From NCBI GenBank assembly GCA_951406725.2, contig OX597814.1:213714001-213778000 (forward strand): DNA of 64,000 bases. Reading direction: 5' to 3'. The first letter of the stretch is position 1. Each line of letters begins with the position of its first letter. This DNA is from Octopus vulgaris. Lineage: Eukaryota. This document shows positions 52,216-64,000 of this stretch, piece after piece. The notes under the pieces are model-generated. The model made no database searches. It was not told where the DNA came from and was given only the letters and a program-made list of their open reading frames with translations. The position numbers and the translations under genes are program-made.

Positions 52216-52935
52216 GGCGGTGAGCTGGCAGAAATGTTAGCACCACGGACGAAATACTTAGCGGTATTTTGTCTGTCTTTACGTTCTGAGTTTAAATTCC
52301 ACCGAGGTCGACTTTCCCTTTCGAGGTCGATAAATTTAGTACCAGTTGCGTACTGAGGTCGATTTAATCAACTGGCCCCTCCCCCAAATATTTCAGGCCT
52401 TGTGTCTAGAGTAGAAAAGAATATTTTCCATTAATTTTAAAGGCAGTGAGCTGGTAGAAACGTTAGCACGTCGGGCGAAATGCTTAGCGGTATTTCGTCT
52501 GCCGTTACGTTCTGAGTTCAAATTCCGCCGAGGTCAACTTTGCCTTTCATCCTTTCGGGGTCGATTAAATAAATACTAGTTACGCATTGGGGCCGATATA
52601 ATCGACTTAATCCGTTTGTCTGTCCTTGTTTGTCCCCCTATGTCTAGCCCCTTGTGGGCAATAAAGAAATAATAAGAGTGGATGACAGTATAGGGGCCGA
52701 TATAATCGACTTAATCCGTTTGTCTGTCCTTGTTTGTCCTCTCTGTGTTTAGCCCCTTGTGGGTAGTAAAGAAATAGGTAATTCGTCTGTCTTACGTTCT
52801 GAGTTCAAATTCTGCCGAAATCGACTTTGCCTTTCAGGGGTCGGTAAATTAAGTACCAGTTGCGTAATGGGGTCGATCTAATCGACTGCCCCGCTCCCGG
52901 AACATTTCGGGCCTTGTGCCTAGAACAGAAAAGAA
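52216..52935 (+). mobile_element. Cluster of SINE family M copies and tandem body units
   Basis: Heads at about 52216 and 52441; repeated tail/body units. Confidence 0.8.
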
Positions 52936-53304
52936 TATCGGTCATAAAATACGAATAAAAATATTTTTCATAAAATATAAGCCACCTTTCAAACCAGCCT
53001 TTGTCAATTCATCTTTAATTAACGTAAATTAATATTTATATATATATATAAAAATCATTAAAAATAAGTTGATTATATCCACAATAAATTTCTATTACGT
53101 ATATCAGTAGTTTTAGCACTTTAATTCAAATTTATGTTCATATCTCATTATTTCTCTTTCCATTACTTCCAACTACTAATTCCATTAACTCTATATTGAA
53201 TATACTACTCCATTCTAACCACTTCTAGTGTTTTTCATCACCATAATCATCCTCATCATCATCAGCAGCAGGAGCAGCATCATCATCAGCATTATTATTA
53301 TCAT

Positions 53305-53400
53305 TGAGTGAGAGAGCAGTGCATGCCAGCAAAGTGACACTGGAGTAAAATATACGAAGCCTAGTATACCCATCATGACTACCCGTCTGATAAGGGTACA
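53305..53400 (-). mobile_element. Short 3' fragment of the (TAA)n-embedded retroposon
   Basis: Matches 4657-4751. Confidence 0.75.
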
Positions 53401-53423
53401 TTATTATTATCATTATTATTATA

Positions 53424-53491
<68 letters not shown>

Positions 53492-53662
53492 GGCGGTATT
53501 TCGTCCTTCGCTACATATTGAATTCGAATTCCCCTGAGATCGCCTTTCATCCTTTCGGGGTTGATAAATTAAGTACCAGTGAAATACTGAGGCTGGTCTA
53601 ATCAATTAGTCCCCTCCCCCTTTATGCCTAGGAGAAATGGTTATTATTATTATTATTATTAC

Positions 53663-53714
<52 letters not shown>

Positions 53715-53751
53715 GTTATTATCATTATTATTATTATTATTGTTATTGTTA

Positions 53752-53790
<39 letters not shown>

Positions 53791-53791
<1 letters not shown>

Positions 53792-54304
53792 TTTTTTTTC
53801 TTCTTTCAAATTTGCTTCCATTTCTTGCCGAGTGTCTTCCCGACTCCTAGGGCAAAGAAACTCATAGTATATATTGGTAGGCCATTAAACCAAACTCAAT
53901 AGTTCGTTCATTTTTTTTTTTTAAGTTAAATTAAATTACATGGGTCGTAATAATTCTCACATCGACAATGCTCTTCTCAATACATGTGATGTACCAGTTA
54001 AGACAATCTTTTGCACTTCTTGCAGGGATGGTAAGCCAGGGATCATTCTCATATAATTTTCGGTTCCCTTCTTGATCATTCCTAGTGCTCCTACGATCAC
54101 TGGTATTGTAACCGCCTTGAGATGCCACATTTTCTCAATTTCAATGAGTAGGTCTTTATATTTTCTGAGCTTGTCAAACTCTTTCGCCGAGATATTATGA
54201 TCACAGGGGATGCTCATGTCGATCAATAAGCAAACTTTATTGTTTTGGTCTTTCACAACAATATCTGGTTTATTGGCCTTGATGGTTCGGTCTGTATGTA
54301 CTGT
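53791..54304 (-). mobile_element. 5'-truncated R4/Dong-clade LINE (second subfamily) in (TAA)n
   Basis: Minus strand reads DRTIKANKPDIVVKDQNNKVCLLIDMSIP...KLRKYKDL...TIPVIVGALG; 3' UTR differs from 5256-5480. Confidence 0.85.
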
Positions 54305-54337
54305 ATTATCATTATTATTATTATGATTATTATTATG

Positions 54338-54454
<117 letters not shown>

Positions 54455-54899
54455 GTCGCCATAGGTAGAGTTGTGTTCTCGGAGTGCTGTAAATTTATGA
54501 TTAATTCACTTGTTTAAAATGTTCTATATTGTATCTTGTGGTTTAAATCATTTTGCAAGCCAGCTGCCTTTCTCGGGAGTCGGGGCTGATGTTTGTTAAC
54601 CAAAACCCCATTTTCGTGGTGATACAAATCTTTATGGCAACGAAAAGCAGGAGTGGGAAAGAAGGTGGTACGGCAATTTGCACGAGGACTTCCCCGTCTT
54701 CCCCACTATGGTTGGCAGTAGACAATAGAAGAAGAAGAAGAAGAAGAAGAAGAAGAAGAAGAAGAAAAAGAAAGAAAGAAAGAAAGAAAGAAAGACAGAA
54801 AGAAAGAAAGGAAGAAAGAAAGAAAGAAAGCGGGAGGAAGGAAGGAGTAAAGTCTTCCTAACTACATGGAAATTGTAGTAGCACGAAGAACAACAGTGA

Positions 54900-55560
54900 A
54901 AGCAACTGCTGCGAGACTAACAAACATGGAGTTAGCGGCGGAAAGAGACTTTTGCAAATGTCAGGGCAGTTAAGGAATTGGTTAACATCTCATTGGAGAA
55001 CAAAATAGAAAATCTAAACAAGGCAGCAAAATATATGAAAATGAATGGAAGGAGGGCAGATATGACGGCTCCAAGTGACGTGCTTGAAGCAACAGCTAAA
55101 CGGACAGTTGTCTACAGGTGCGTGAACTCAAAAACAAGGAGACTCGAAAATGCTATACGCGACTAGGTGGAAAAGCCTTGAAAGAAATATAGCAGGATAC
55201 ACACCACATTGCGATAGCGAGGCAGTACAGCGGAATAGAGGTCCTTTTTAAAACCGAGGGGTACGCTTTTAAGAGCTCGGTGGCCACACGTCGCACCGAG
55301 GGAAACGTTCTCTTCCCAACGTACATGGGAAGAAGGGCGGTACGAATTACGGTGCCAGGTGTCCCGCCAGGCTTGGATTTATGGTGGATTGACGCCTGTA
55401 TTTGTACGGGCGGAGAGAGAATTTCCTGGATGTTAAAGCATCGAGGAGGGAGAATTGGGTTGGGACTACCTTAGAGGTTCTTCACATGAAGCCAGAGCAT
55501 TTAGAGAGAGTCCAAGACCTGATTTCCCTCTCAAATGGAATAGAATTATGGGTGAACGGG
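54900..55560 (+). pseudogene. Possible L1/Tx1-type LINE ORF1 remnant
   Basis: RTVVYRCVNSK...GIEVLFKTEG...LFPTYMGRRAVRITVPGVPPG resembles RRM-like ORF1 segments; purine-rich with stops. Confidence 0.4.
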
Positions 55561-56019
55561 GATGACTTTGTACCTATAGTAGAAAGAATTACTACTATTA
55601 TATTTACTCCTATTACTACTTTTACCACGTCTATAAGTTCTATATTTGTCACTTTGTTGAAAGCGACAGATAAAACTCTAAATTTAAAATATCTTGCTAT
55701 TTAAAATTATGTCTTTAATACAAAATGTATTCAATTTAAATCAAAATCCTTGGAAGACCTGGAAAATTCAGAGAAATGTATTTTATATTAGGTTCTTTTT
55801 GATAGGGTAAATTTTTGAAATTTTGGTTGCCTTTCTCATTGAAGGCTTAGTTTTACTTTGAATATTGTTTAACTAAAATCGTTTATTTTAAAACTATTTC
55901 ATATTCAGGAAATTCCATATATGCATTCTACAAAATTTATATTTACTTCAATAACTTCTTCATAAACAGCGTTGCTAGTTAATATCCTCTTGTATTTAAT
56001 ATGATGTGTCTTTCTAGCC

Positions 56020-57630
56020 GTGTGGATGAGTTCTCTCTGATCGAGAAACATTCTCAACTTTGCTTGATCTTCCATTCTACTAAAGGCAATATGAAATTAT
56101 GTGAACACTGGAGTTAGAACATACAATCCGCACCCATCTAAACCTTCTCCTTAGATCTTATTTATCAACATAAAAACAGCTTTATAGGAAATTGAAATCT
56201 TTTTAGAGTGAATAGTAAATGTAAAAGAGTTGAAGGGGAATCAAAGAATTCATTAGCATTGTTCTTGCTTCATGGTCGCTAAGTTTGCAAACATTCGAGA
56301 ACATTCTACGTAGCGCTGAGGCAGCATATCGAGAACCATTGCAATGTACATTTCTGCAGTCTAATGTTCGGAGAAGCGTTACACGTGCTCCTATTTCGAT
56401 TTTGCTGATGCAACTTATGTATTTAGGGAATTTAAAACTCATCTTTATATATAGAAATGAAGTTGTGTGTCTGTCTCCTACGATTTAGATTCCTAACTAC
56501 TCCCACATTTTGCGGTGCAGTGTAACCAAAAGCGGGTATCTTATAGTCGTGATTCATATCGAGCCCTTCTGGGTATTAGCGCGCATCTATGATGAGTCTA
56601 CGATTTTAAAAAAATTTACCATCATTTTTTCCCATTTTTAATGCATTTTTTTTTGCTATTATATAAGGGAAGTAACTTTCTAAAAATGTATTATTAAATC
56701 TCAGAACGTAAAAAGCTACAGTAACACCCCGCTTTGTGGTTAGCCATATTGAGATGGCTATTATACTTTACATCTCTAAAAATGCTTATATAGTTATTTC
56801 CCTTACAAACCCGAGCAACGCCGGGCGATACTGCTGGTATGGGATAAAGAACAAACTGAACGTTTATGCCTCGTGCCTACGCTTCTCGGTGTAATTCTGT
56901 TACAAGGAGGTTTATCCACAAGTTTTTAGTTTATTTGATAAACTTAGTCGTTTTTGCTGTTAGGATAACTTATGAAGAACGTCATTGTTCATTTCTATGG
57001 TGTGTTACTAGGCTGGCATAAACAATTCATTGTCAAGAAATGGTTACATCTGGAAATGACGTGTCAGTATTAACAGTATTTGAATTAATTCCTTCGCCTA
57101 GTTCTAGTAACCAGTTTGGATGTTCGTTTAGCCGATTATATGCAGCAAAATTATTATGGTCTAAGTATTCGTGATCTCTCATATTTGTCTGGATTTTCAA
57201 AACTTCACATGGAATCCAAATCGAAAGCCTTTTAATGCGTTCATCAATAACCCAAAATCGATTACCATGACTCACTCCTGGAGAATTTGCTGGAAATCAC
57301 CGAGTACTTACACTTTGTATCATGCAATTCAAAACTTCGTGATGTCAGTGCCATATTGGGGTTTCGTCTCACACTAACAAATGAGTATTAAGCAGAAGAC
57401 TATCAGTTACTTCATGGGGAGATATTTGGCAGATTGATGTAGATTTCATCAGATTGAGAAGCTTGAAGCAAGATTGCCCTGTCTGTCCAAGTTTCATTAG
57501 TGTAGCTGCAATACTTGTTGAAGTTGTAACAAGCGCAATTCGGCAACGCATACCAACATAGGACAATAACAATTTCAGCAGGGAAGACTTATATGCTCCT
57601 CCCGGGGCATCGATGAATAGCAGGTCACCT
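56020..57630 (-). pseudogene. Helitron RepHel Pif1-helicase pseudogene, split by a nested non-autonomous Helitron
   Basis: Minus-strand motifs in the expected order: LFIDAPGG, IALVTTSTSIAATL, LLV*DE, GDFQQIL, QTNMR, WLLELGEG, IGARVTLLRTLD..HCNGSRY, TLKRFQFPIKL, PVFT..IAFSR. Confidence 0.85.
56442..56837 (+). mobile_element. Non-autonomous Helitron
   Basis: A|TC...hairpin...CTGG|T; same subtype as 45565-45971. Confidence 0.9.
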
Positions 57631-58164
57631 TGATTGTTGTCTTTATTTTTTTATTGATTAAAAATAAAACCTCTGGTCATTTTTGAGCATATTTATGCGG
57701 TCATTTAAATAGATTTTGGTTAAGGGATCTATTTCATCTCGATTAACGGACATATTCTTATACACTCATTGTAAGGAATTACGCATCAAATGTTAGCCTC
57801 GTTGCCCCTGTTTCTTACTCCTTTAGTCTCAGTTTAACCTCTTTCAGCAGGACTTCGCTGACGATACAATGGAAAACGGTAGTCATGTTTATCAAAGTGT
57901 GTTATGGATCACAGACAGAGGAAGAATCAGTCAGACTATATTATAGATTTTCGTCATCATCCGCAGCAGCATCAGCATCAGCAGCAGTATCATCATCATC
58001 CATAATTCTGCTCCCCTTGTTGCAACAATTTTTCTCAAATTCATTATCCCCAACCTATTTATATATATATGTTCAAAATGTGACAGTTCAATATGTGACT
58101 GTGTGTGTATCGTTGGCGATTTTCTTTCTCCGTCTTACCTTCCTTGGACCTTTCCTTTTACTAT

Positions 58165-58199
58165 GTTTCAGACGAAGAGCTCCGCTCGAAATGTTAAAT
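58165..58199 (+). ncRNA. Degenerate minimal hammerhead in a Penelope-like tail (about 58100-58297; tail also at 49680-49735 and 60888-60985)
   Basis: GUUU CAGACGA a GAGC-ucc-GCUC GAA AUGU U AAAU; U4A, and ATGT may be a CpG-decayed ACGT palindrome. Confidence 0.55.
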
Positions 58200-58293
58200 C
58201 ATCCTTCTTTCTTTCCTTTATTGAGCGTCCAATAACACTATACTTGTTCCACGTCTTCGCGTTGTTGTGTTTTCTCTTTGTTCATGTTTGGAG

Positions 58294-58339
<46 letters not shown>

Positions 58340-58649
58340 AAAAGAAATGGAAGAAATGGAGCAGTAATTAACAATGAGAAGTTGATCATTGGTATTAAAA
58401 CGTCATAGTTTAATTGTAGTTCAGAACCATTTACAGCTGTTTATGTTTATCAAATCGAAGTAAATTTGCAATTATCTTATTCAGTTTAACAAACATCGTC
58501 AGAACGATCTAGAAGAATATAAATAGGAGAAAATGGAAAAGAAAGGAAAAAGCAAAAAGTCACTAAAATGTAAGCCTAAAGACTTAACGAACATTTTCCT
58601 TTTCTTTTTGCTTTTTCCTTTTCCTTTCTTTTCCCTTTTCTCCTATTTA

Positions 58650-59033
58650 TCTCTCTATATATATAAACGGCAGTTTGTCTGTGTGCGTGTCTGTGTGTCT
58701 GTTAGGTTGTACCCTCACCCTGACCACGGCTTTCAACCGATTCTGATGAAACTTGACACACACATAGCCCAATGTCATAATTCAAAACTAACGCAGCGAA
58801 AATTTTGAAAAGTTCCCCCAGTTCTGAAAAAGATCGATAAATTCGACATGGGGTCGACAATCAGAAACACAAACCACAGATGGTCTAGGGGACGCAACTC
58901 GACCTTTTTAACTCTCAAAAAATTTACCATCATTTTTTCCCCATTTTTTTGCTATTTTGTGGCTATAACTCTCTAAAAAGGCTTTATAGTTATTTCACTT
59001 GCAAACCCGAGCAACGCCGGGCGATACTGCTAG
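58650..59033 (+). mobile_element. Non-autonomous Helitron, second 5'-end subtype
   Basis: A|TC...CTAG|T; homologous to 41032-41416. Confidence 0.9.
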
Positions 59034-59044
59034 TATTCCTCTAA

Positions 59045-59127
59045 ATCATTCTGACGATGTTTGTTAAATTGAATGAGATAAATGCAAAGTTACCTCGATT
59101 TGATAAACAGAAACAACTGTAAATGGT
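59045..59127 (+). ncRNA. Type-I hammerhead with a long loop II
   Basis: AUCAUU CUGACGA u GUUUG-(40 nt)-UAAAC a GAA ACAACUGU A AAUGGU; the mirror copy keeps the perfect palindrome ACAGCUGU. Confidence 0.65.
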
Positions 59128-59434
59128 TCTCAACTACAATTAAACAATTAATTTTTAATACCAACGATCAACTTCTCATTATTAATTACTGGTCCATTTC
59201 TTTTCTATATATATATATTAAACCACAATTCTACTTTTAAATTACAAACTACTGTATACCCTATAGCTAGGACTATACGTATTGAGGTAATACACCAGTA
59301 GTGTCTACAGATACATTTATCCCTTAGATGGTTGAATAACATCTAACTCATACTTTGCTTATATATATATAAAGTTCGAATAATCAGAGAATGGAGAAAA
59401 CTTTTGATCAACAAACAAATTGGACCACACACAC

Positions 59435-59465
<31 letters not shown>

Positions 59466-59847
59466 TGTATGTATGTATGTATGTATGTATGTATGTATGT
59501 ATGTATGTATGTTTGTATGTATGTATGTATGTATGTATGTATGCATGTATGTATGTATGTATGTATGTATGTATGTATGTATGTATGCATGTATGTATGT
59601 ATGTATGTATGTATGTATGTATGTATGTATGTATGTATGTATGTGCATATATAAATACGTTATAGATATATATATAACAGGCATTTATTCTCCACCATAG
59701 TTTCAAAACACTTTCTTGGTGAAACTTTAATTTCACATTCACATTTTAATAATGAAATATTTCTACTTCACTTACTGAGTTAATATCGTTTTAGTTTTCA
59801 TAGATAAACATGAAGACCTTCAATAATATATACAGAATGTGTGTGTA

Positions 59848-59890
<43 letters not shown>

Positions 59891-60531
59891 GGAGAGAGCG
59901 AGAGAGAGAGAGCTTTCAATGATGATTTATTGCAAAATTAGATTTTCCAATTCGTTTCGACTATGAAATGTACTTGAATAAATCTATGCTTAGGTTTCTT
60001 TCAGGTTTCAATATACTTTATATATAGTGTGAATTTATTGAAAATTTCCGAAGTTATCCTTGCAATTAATAACACTTTAACCTTTCGCTGAATAAATCGT
60101 AATTCCAAACTGCGTAAACTGTTCATAGCAAATTTTATAACAGCAATTCTGGTGGTGCTATTAAGTTAGACATGGCCTGGACCAATCTTTGGTCGAAACA
60201 TATCTAAGTTATCTAAGTTATATATAACTGGCTATATATAAGTATTTTCAGAAAGTGGTATATATAGTCATTTGAATTATGTCAGCGTATGTTCTTTTTT
60301 CATATTCTATTGCAAACTGAATTATTCGAAGTCAATGCTGCAATAATATGAGAGAGAAATGCTATTTTATCACACCACGCATTGCTTCTTCTAATGTCAT
60401 TTCGGCTCAACTGGGACAGTGTCAGACAAAATGCCTTACAATACTTAGTCCTAGCCATTCAAGTTCTTGTTCGGATATCGCCGAGACAGCAGTTATGGAG
60501 CCTTTGCAGATTTCCGATATAGTGAATATAT

Positions 60532-60830
60532 AATTGTTAAAGAGGACAACAAATGTTAAGTCAAGGCAAGCATCTCAAGAGTGAACTTTTATGCTTCTTT
60601 TTTTCTTCTCTTTTTTCATTTCTTTATTCCTTTATTCCTGTTCTCTAGGTCGTCATTTTATTAATCTATACCTTTCTCATTTTCCCTATTTGTCTCCGAT
60701 GACGGAATATCCAGTACTCTTAGGTATCCCAGAAACAGCTGTAAGACTTTGAATTTTTTCCAATAATAATATTGTATATGACTTGAGATGTTTGCCTTGC
60801 CTTAACGTTTGCTGTCCTCTTTAACAATTC
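60532..60830 (+). mobile_element. Penelope-like remnant with ~48-bp inverted ends next to (TA)n
   Basis: AATTGTTAAAGAGGACA...CATCTCAAG is mirrored at 60782-60829. Confidence 0.65.
60692..60747 (+). ncRNA. Minimal hammerhead (U4C)
   Basis: GUCU CCGAUGA c GGAAUAUC-loop-GGUAUCCC a GAA ACAGCUGU A AGAC; GUA site, palindromic stem III. Confidence 0.7.
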
Positions 60831-60889
<59 letters not shown>

Positions 60890-60979
60890 TCCCTTCTTTC
60901 CTGAGCGTCCAATAATACTTTATTTGTTCCACGTCCTCGCGTTGTTGTGTTTTTTTTGTTTGTTTTCTTGTTTGGATTA

Positions 60980-61023
<44 letters not shown>

Positions 61024-61053
61024 AGAGAGAGAGAGAGAGAGAGAGAGATAGCC

Positions 61054-61116
61054 AGATAACCGAAGAGATGGTGTTGTGGATTTCCACTTCGGCATCTGAA
61101 ACTCAGAGTTTTATCT
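61054..61116 (+). ncRNA. Minimal hammerhead (U4C)
   Basis: AGAUAA CCGAAGA GAUG...CAUC u GAA ACUC-A-GAGU U UUAUCU; 6-bp stem I, near-palindromic stem III. Confidence 0.7.
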
Positions 61117-61524
61117 TGACTACCGAGTAATGTAACATATTATTGTATAGATAAATTTCCTCTACTTACATAATATTGAGGTCTCTTTCTTTCTCTTGTT
61201 ATCTTACCGTTTTATCAATATATATATATATATATATACATACCACATACTTTTTCTAAGCTCTGGTGATGAGATCTTCGTCTCTGCTCTTATAGGTGAA
61301 GTTAAAGATCGGCACAGAGTGTAATATTAAATTAAAGACACAAGACGAGTTGCTGTATAATCATATTCGTTAGTCTCCAGCTATTTTCGCGATAAGAAAT
61401 AATACACCCAGCGGTGATTGGAAATGTCAACATCATAGCTTTATCAGAGTCCTAACATTTTAGGTCAATAAATGTGATTATGTAATTACGGTTCATTTGT
61501 CATACATAAAAAAATATATATATA

Positions 61525-61688
61525 GGCGCAGGAGTGGCTGTGTGGTAAGTAGCTTGCTAACACAAACCACATGGTTCCGGGTTCAGTCCCACTGCGTGGC
61601 ATCTTGGGCAAGTGCCTTCTGCTATAACCCCGGACCGACCAATACCTTGTGAGTGGATTTGGTAGACGGAAACTGAAAGAAGCCTGTC

Positions 61689-61744
<56 letters not shown>

Positions 61745-61948
61745 TTGTGTGTCTAGCATTGCTTGACAACCGATGCTGGTGTGTTTACGTCCCCGTAACT
61801 TAGCGGTTCGGCAAAAGAGACCGATAGAATAAGTACTGGGCTTACAAAGAATAAGTCCCGGGGTCGATTTGCTCGACTAAAGGCGGTGCTCCAGCATGGC
61901 CGCAGTCAAATGACTGAAACAAGTAAAAGAGAGCAAAGAGTAAAGAGT
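61525..61948 (+). mobile_element. SINE family A, full length
   Basis: Homology to 8867-9280. Confidence 0.9.
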
Positions 61949-62522
61949 ATACGTAAACGTCGAACGATGAGAAGAGTGCTCAACACCGCATTGGTGGATA
62001 TATAATTTCTTTGTTTGTGAATTGAAGCTACAATTGGTTTCTTGTTAAGAAAAGTGGGGAAATATACCAGTGTCTTAACAATTTGCCAAGCCAATCAGAT
62101 GGAGAAAGGTGTTCGCCGCAATTTTGGAAAACAGTGTCGCTTCGTTCACGGGATTTCTCGAAAATTCGTGTTACTAAAACAATGAATCAGTAGGGACGTT
62201 ATTCTTGAGGTGCACCTTTTGCATGTTTGACTCCCTTGGAGGTGTCTTTTCTGTAAATTTTTTTGTATGATAAGTTTGCATAAATTTGCATTATTTTGTT
62301 TTGTTTTGTTCTGAGCACGGCGTTCTTGTACATGATTGTTGAGGTAGTTCGTCATTGGTGCAAATTTCTTCTTTGTGTGTAGTTTGTGTGGTATGTGTGT
62401 TCACGTCAAGGAAAGAGGGTTATCCTGGTAGGGCTACCCTCGTTTATAGGGGCTCTTCTTTGAAATATTTGAGTGTAAAATATTGCTTGTATATGTAGGG
62501 ATGGAAGGTTTTATTCCTAATG

Positions 62523-62673
62523 TTTAAGATGGTATCTGTTGATTGTGCAATGTTTAATTTTTCAGTAATACAGAGTTCACATTTGGTACCCCGTCCTTTG
62601 TATTTTTTGGCCTTAGGAATAATTCTCCATTCTCTCTAAGGATTGCTTATTCCACCTTCTTTCAATGTCCACA
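62523..62673 (-). pseudogene. Penelope GIY-YIG endonuclease C-terminal remnant
   Basis: WTLKEGGISNP*REWRIIPKAKKYKGRGTKCELCITEKLNIAQSTDTILN matches the PLE pattern WxLK...WxI...A..Y.....CxLCxxEK..I......LN. Confidence 0.7.
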
Positions 62674-62789
62674 TGTATACATATATATATATATAATTTT
62701 CAGTGGTTGTAGCATGCACTGCGCTAACCCCATCTATTAGCCCAAGAAGACCTTCGACGGTGTGACATGAAAATTGACAAAGCCGGGAA

Positions 62790-62875
62790 CTTCCAAGGCC
62801 TCAGGTTTTATTTCGGAGATTTCCTTCTCCTAGGTAGATTACCAACCAAGGTTAAAGAGCTTCTACCTGCCCATG
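62790..62875 (-). mobile_element. RTE-type LINE 5' UTR-like fragment
   Basis: Minus strand GCTCTTTAACCTTGGTTGGTAATCTACCTAGGAGAAGGAAATCTCCG recalls a conserved RTE 5' UTR motif. Confidence 0.35.
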
Positions 62876-63124
62876 AGGTAAGCTGTCCCATTCCAGACAC
62901 CAAACCAACACTCAGACACTCTATAAAGTGATCAAATATCACTCCGGTGACCGACGCGGAGTAGCTCATTTATATATATAAAAATATACGATACGTGATT
63001 TGGAAATATAAATAAGAATTAAATATAAATAATATATATAAATATAAAAAAGTAAAAGATATGCAATTTAAAACTATAAATAAAGTAAGATTTAAATATA
63101 AATAATATATATATATATATTAAA

Positions 63125-63355
63125 GGCGGTGAGCAGGCAGAAACGTTAGCACGCCGGGCGAAATGCGTAGCCGTATTTCGTCTGCCGTTACGTTCTGAGT
63201 TCAAATTCCGCCGAGGTCGACTTTGCCTTTCATTCTTTCGGGGTCGATAAATTAAGTACCAGTTACGCACTGGGGTCGATGTAATCGACTAAATCCGTTT
63301 GTCTGTCCTTGTTTGTCCCCTCTGTGTTTAACCCCTTCTGGGTAGTAAAGAAATA
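63125..63355 (+). mobile_element. SINE family M, single unit
   Basis: Homology to the other family M copies. Confidence 0.85.
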
Positions 63356-63664
63356 AATATATATATATATATATATATAAGTAAAAATATACATATATAT
63401 ATATACATATAAGAAAAAACGATATATACATATTTACAGATATTTTGTTGGATGGCCGTTAACTGCTCATGAGTTCCTCCGCTCTAGAGTGCTACTGGTA
63501 ACATGTAATCCAGTACAACCTGTCGCATGGTCGGGTCGTCGGTGACTAGACTGGCAACCCCACCAGGCTTGCTTGGTGAGGAGGGTGTTGTTGGACACCC
63601 AGCGGGATGAAAAATAACACCCGTGAAAGGGCAGAGAATGTGTGTGCGTGTGTGTGTGTGTGTA

Positions 63665-63724
<60 letters not shown>

Positions 63725-64000
63725 GTTGTGCTTGTGTATGTCAACCGCATGACAACCGCTGTTGGTGTGTTTAAGTTCCCGTTGGTGTGTTTAAGTTCAG
63801 CGAAAGTGTCGGATTGAATAAGTACTAGGCTTTTAAAAAAAACTGTCCTAAGGTCGATTTGTTCGACTAAAACCTTTGAAGGCAGTGCTCCAACATGGCT
63901 GAAGTCAAATGGACTGACAGATGTAAAAAAAAATAAAAATGACTTGAAACATGAAAAGTGTTTGAGATAGGAAAAGTATGAGGAAGAATTTTACGACAGT

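Larger units (their letters stand above)
58338..59207. mobile_element. Penelope-like inverted pseudo-LTR pair in (TA)n, interrupted by a Helitron
   Basis: About 58350-58520 is a diverged reverse complement of 59034-59207; each arm has an HHR fold (minus copy 58426-58508 has GAA changed to TAA). Confidence 0.75.

Noticed and set aside
57850-57885. CTGACGA...GAAA motif
   Set aside because: No convincing stem II or stem III.

Overview
AT-rich eukaryotic genomic DNA that is almost entirely repeat-derived. The dense (TA)n/(TAA)n/(TATG)n microsatellites and the tRNA-SINE families resemble a coleoid cephalopod, probably Octopus (inferred, not database-checked). No intact protein-coding gene is supported; nearly all ORF-track entries are microsatellite or SINE artefacts. 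Recognisable content: at least four tRNA-headed SINE families; R4/Dong-type LINE fragments and a ~550-bp non-autonomous element embedded in (TAA)n arrays; a DD36E Tc1 pseudogene; mariner/Tc3 MITEs, with two families built from two LEFT ends; a Chapaev3 remnant; five non-autonomous Helitrons plus a Helitron Pif1-helicase pseudogene; and Penelope-like remnants. The most notable signal is ten minimal type-I hammerhead ribozyme (HHR) folds from eight apparently unrelated small repeat families. Each has a palindromic or near-palindromic stem III, as in dimer-cleaving HHRs, and the 3:8 core pair covaries (C:G, G:C, U:A). One HHR lies in a retrozyme-like 347-nt monomer flanked by an 11-bp target-site duplication (TSD), and part of that monomer also rides inside Helitron copies. 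Two small minus-strand host exons near 47.9-48.7 kb are possible but weakly supported.
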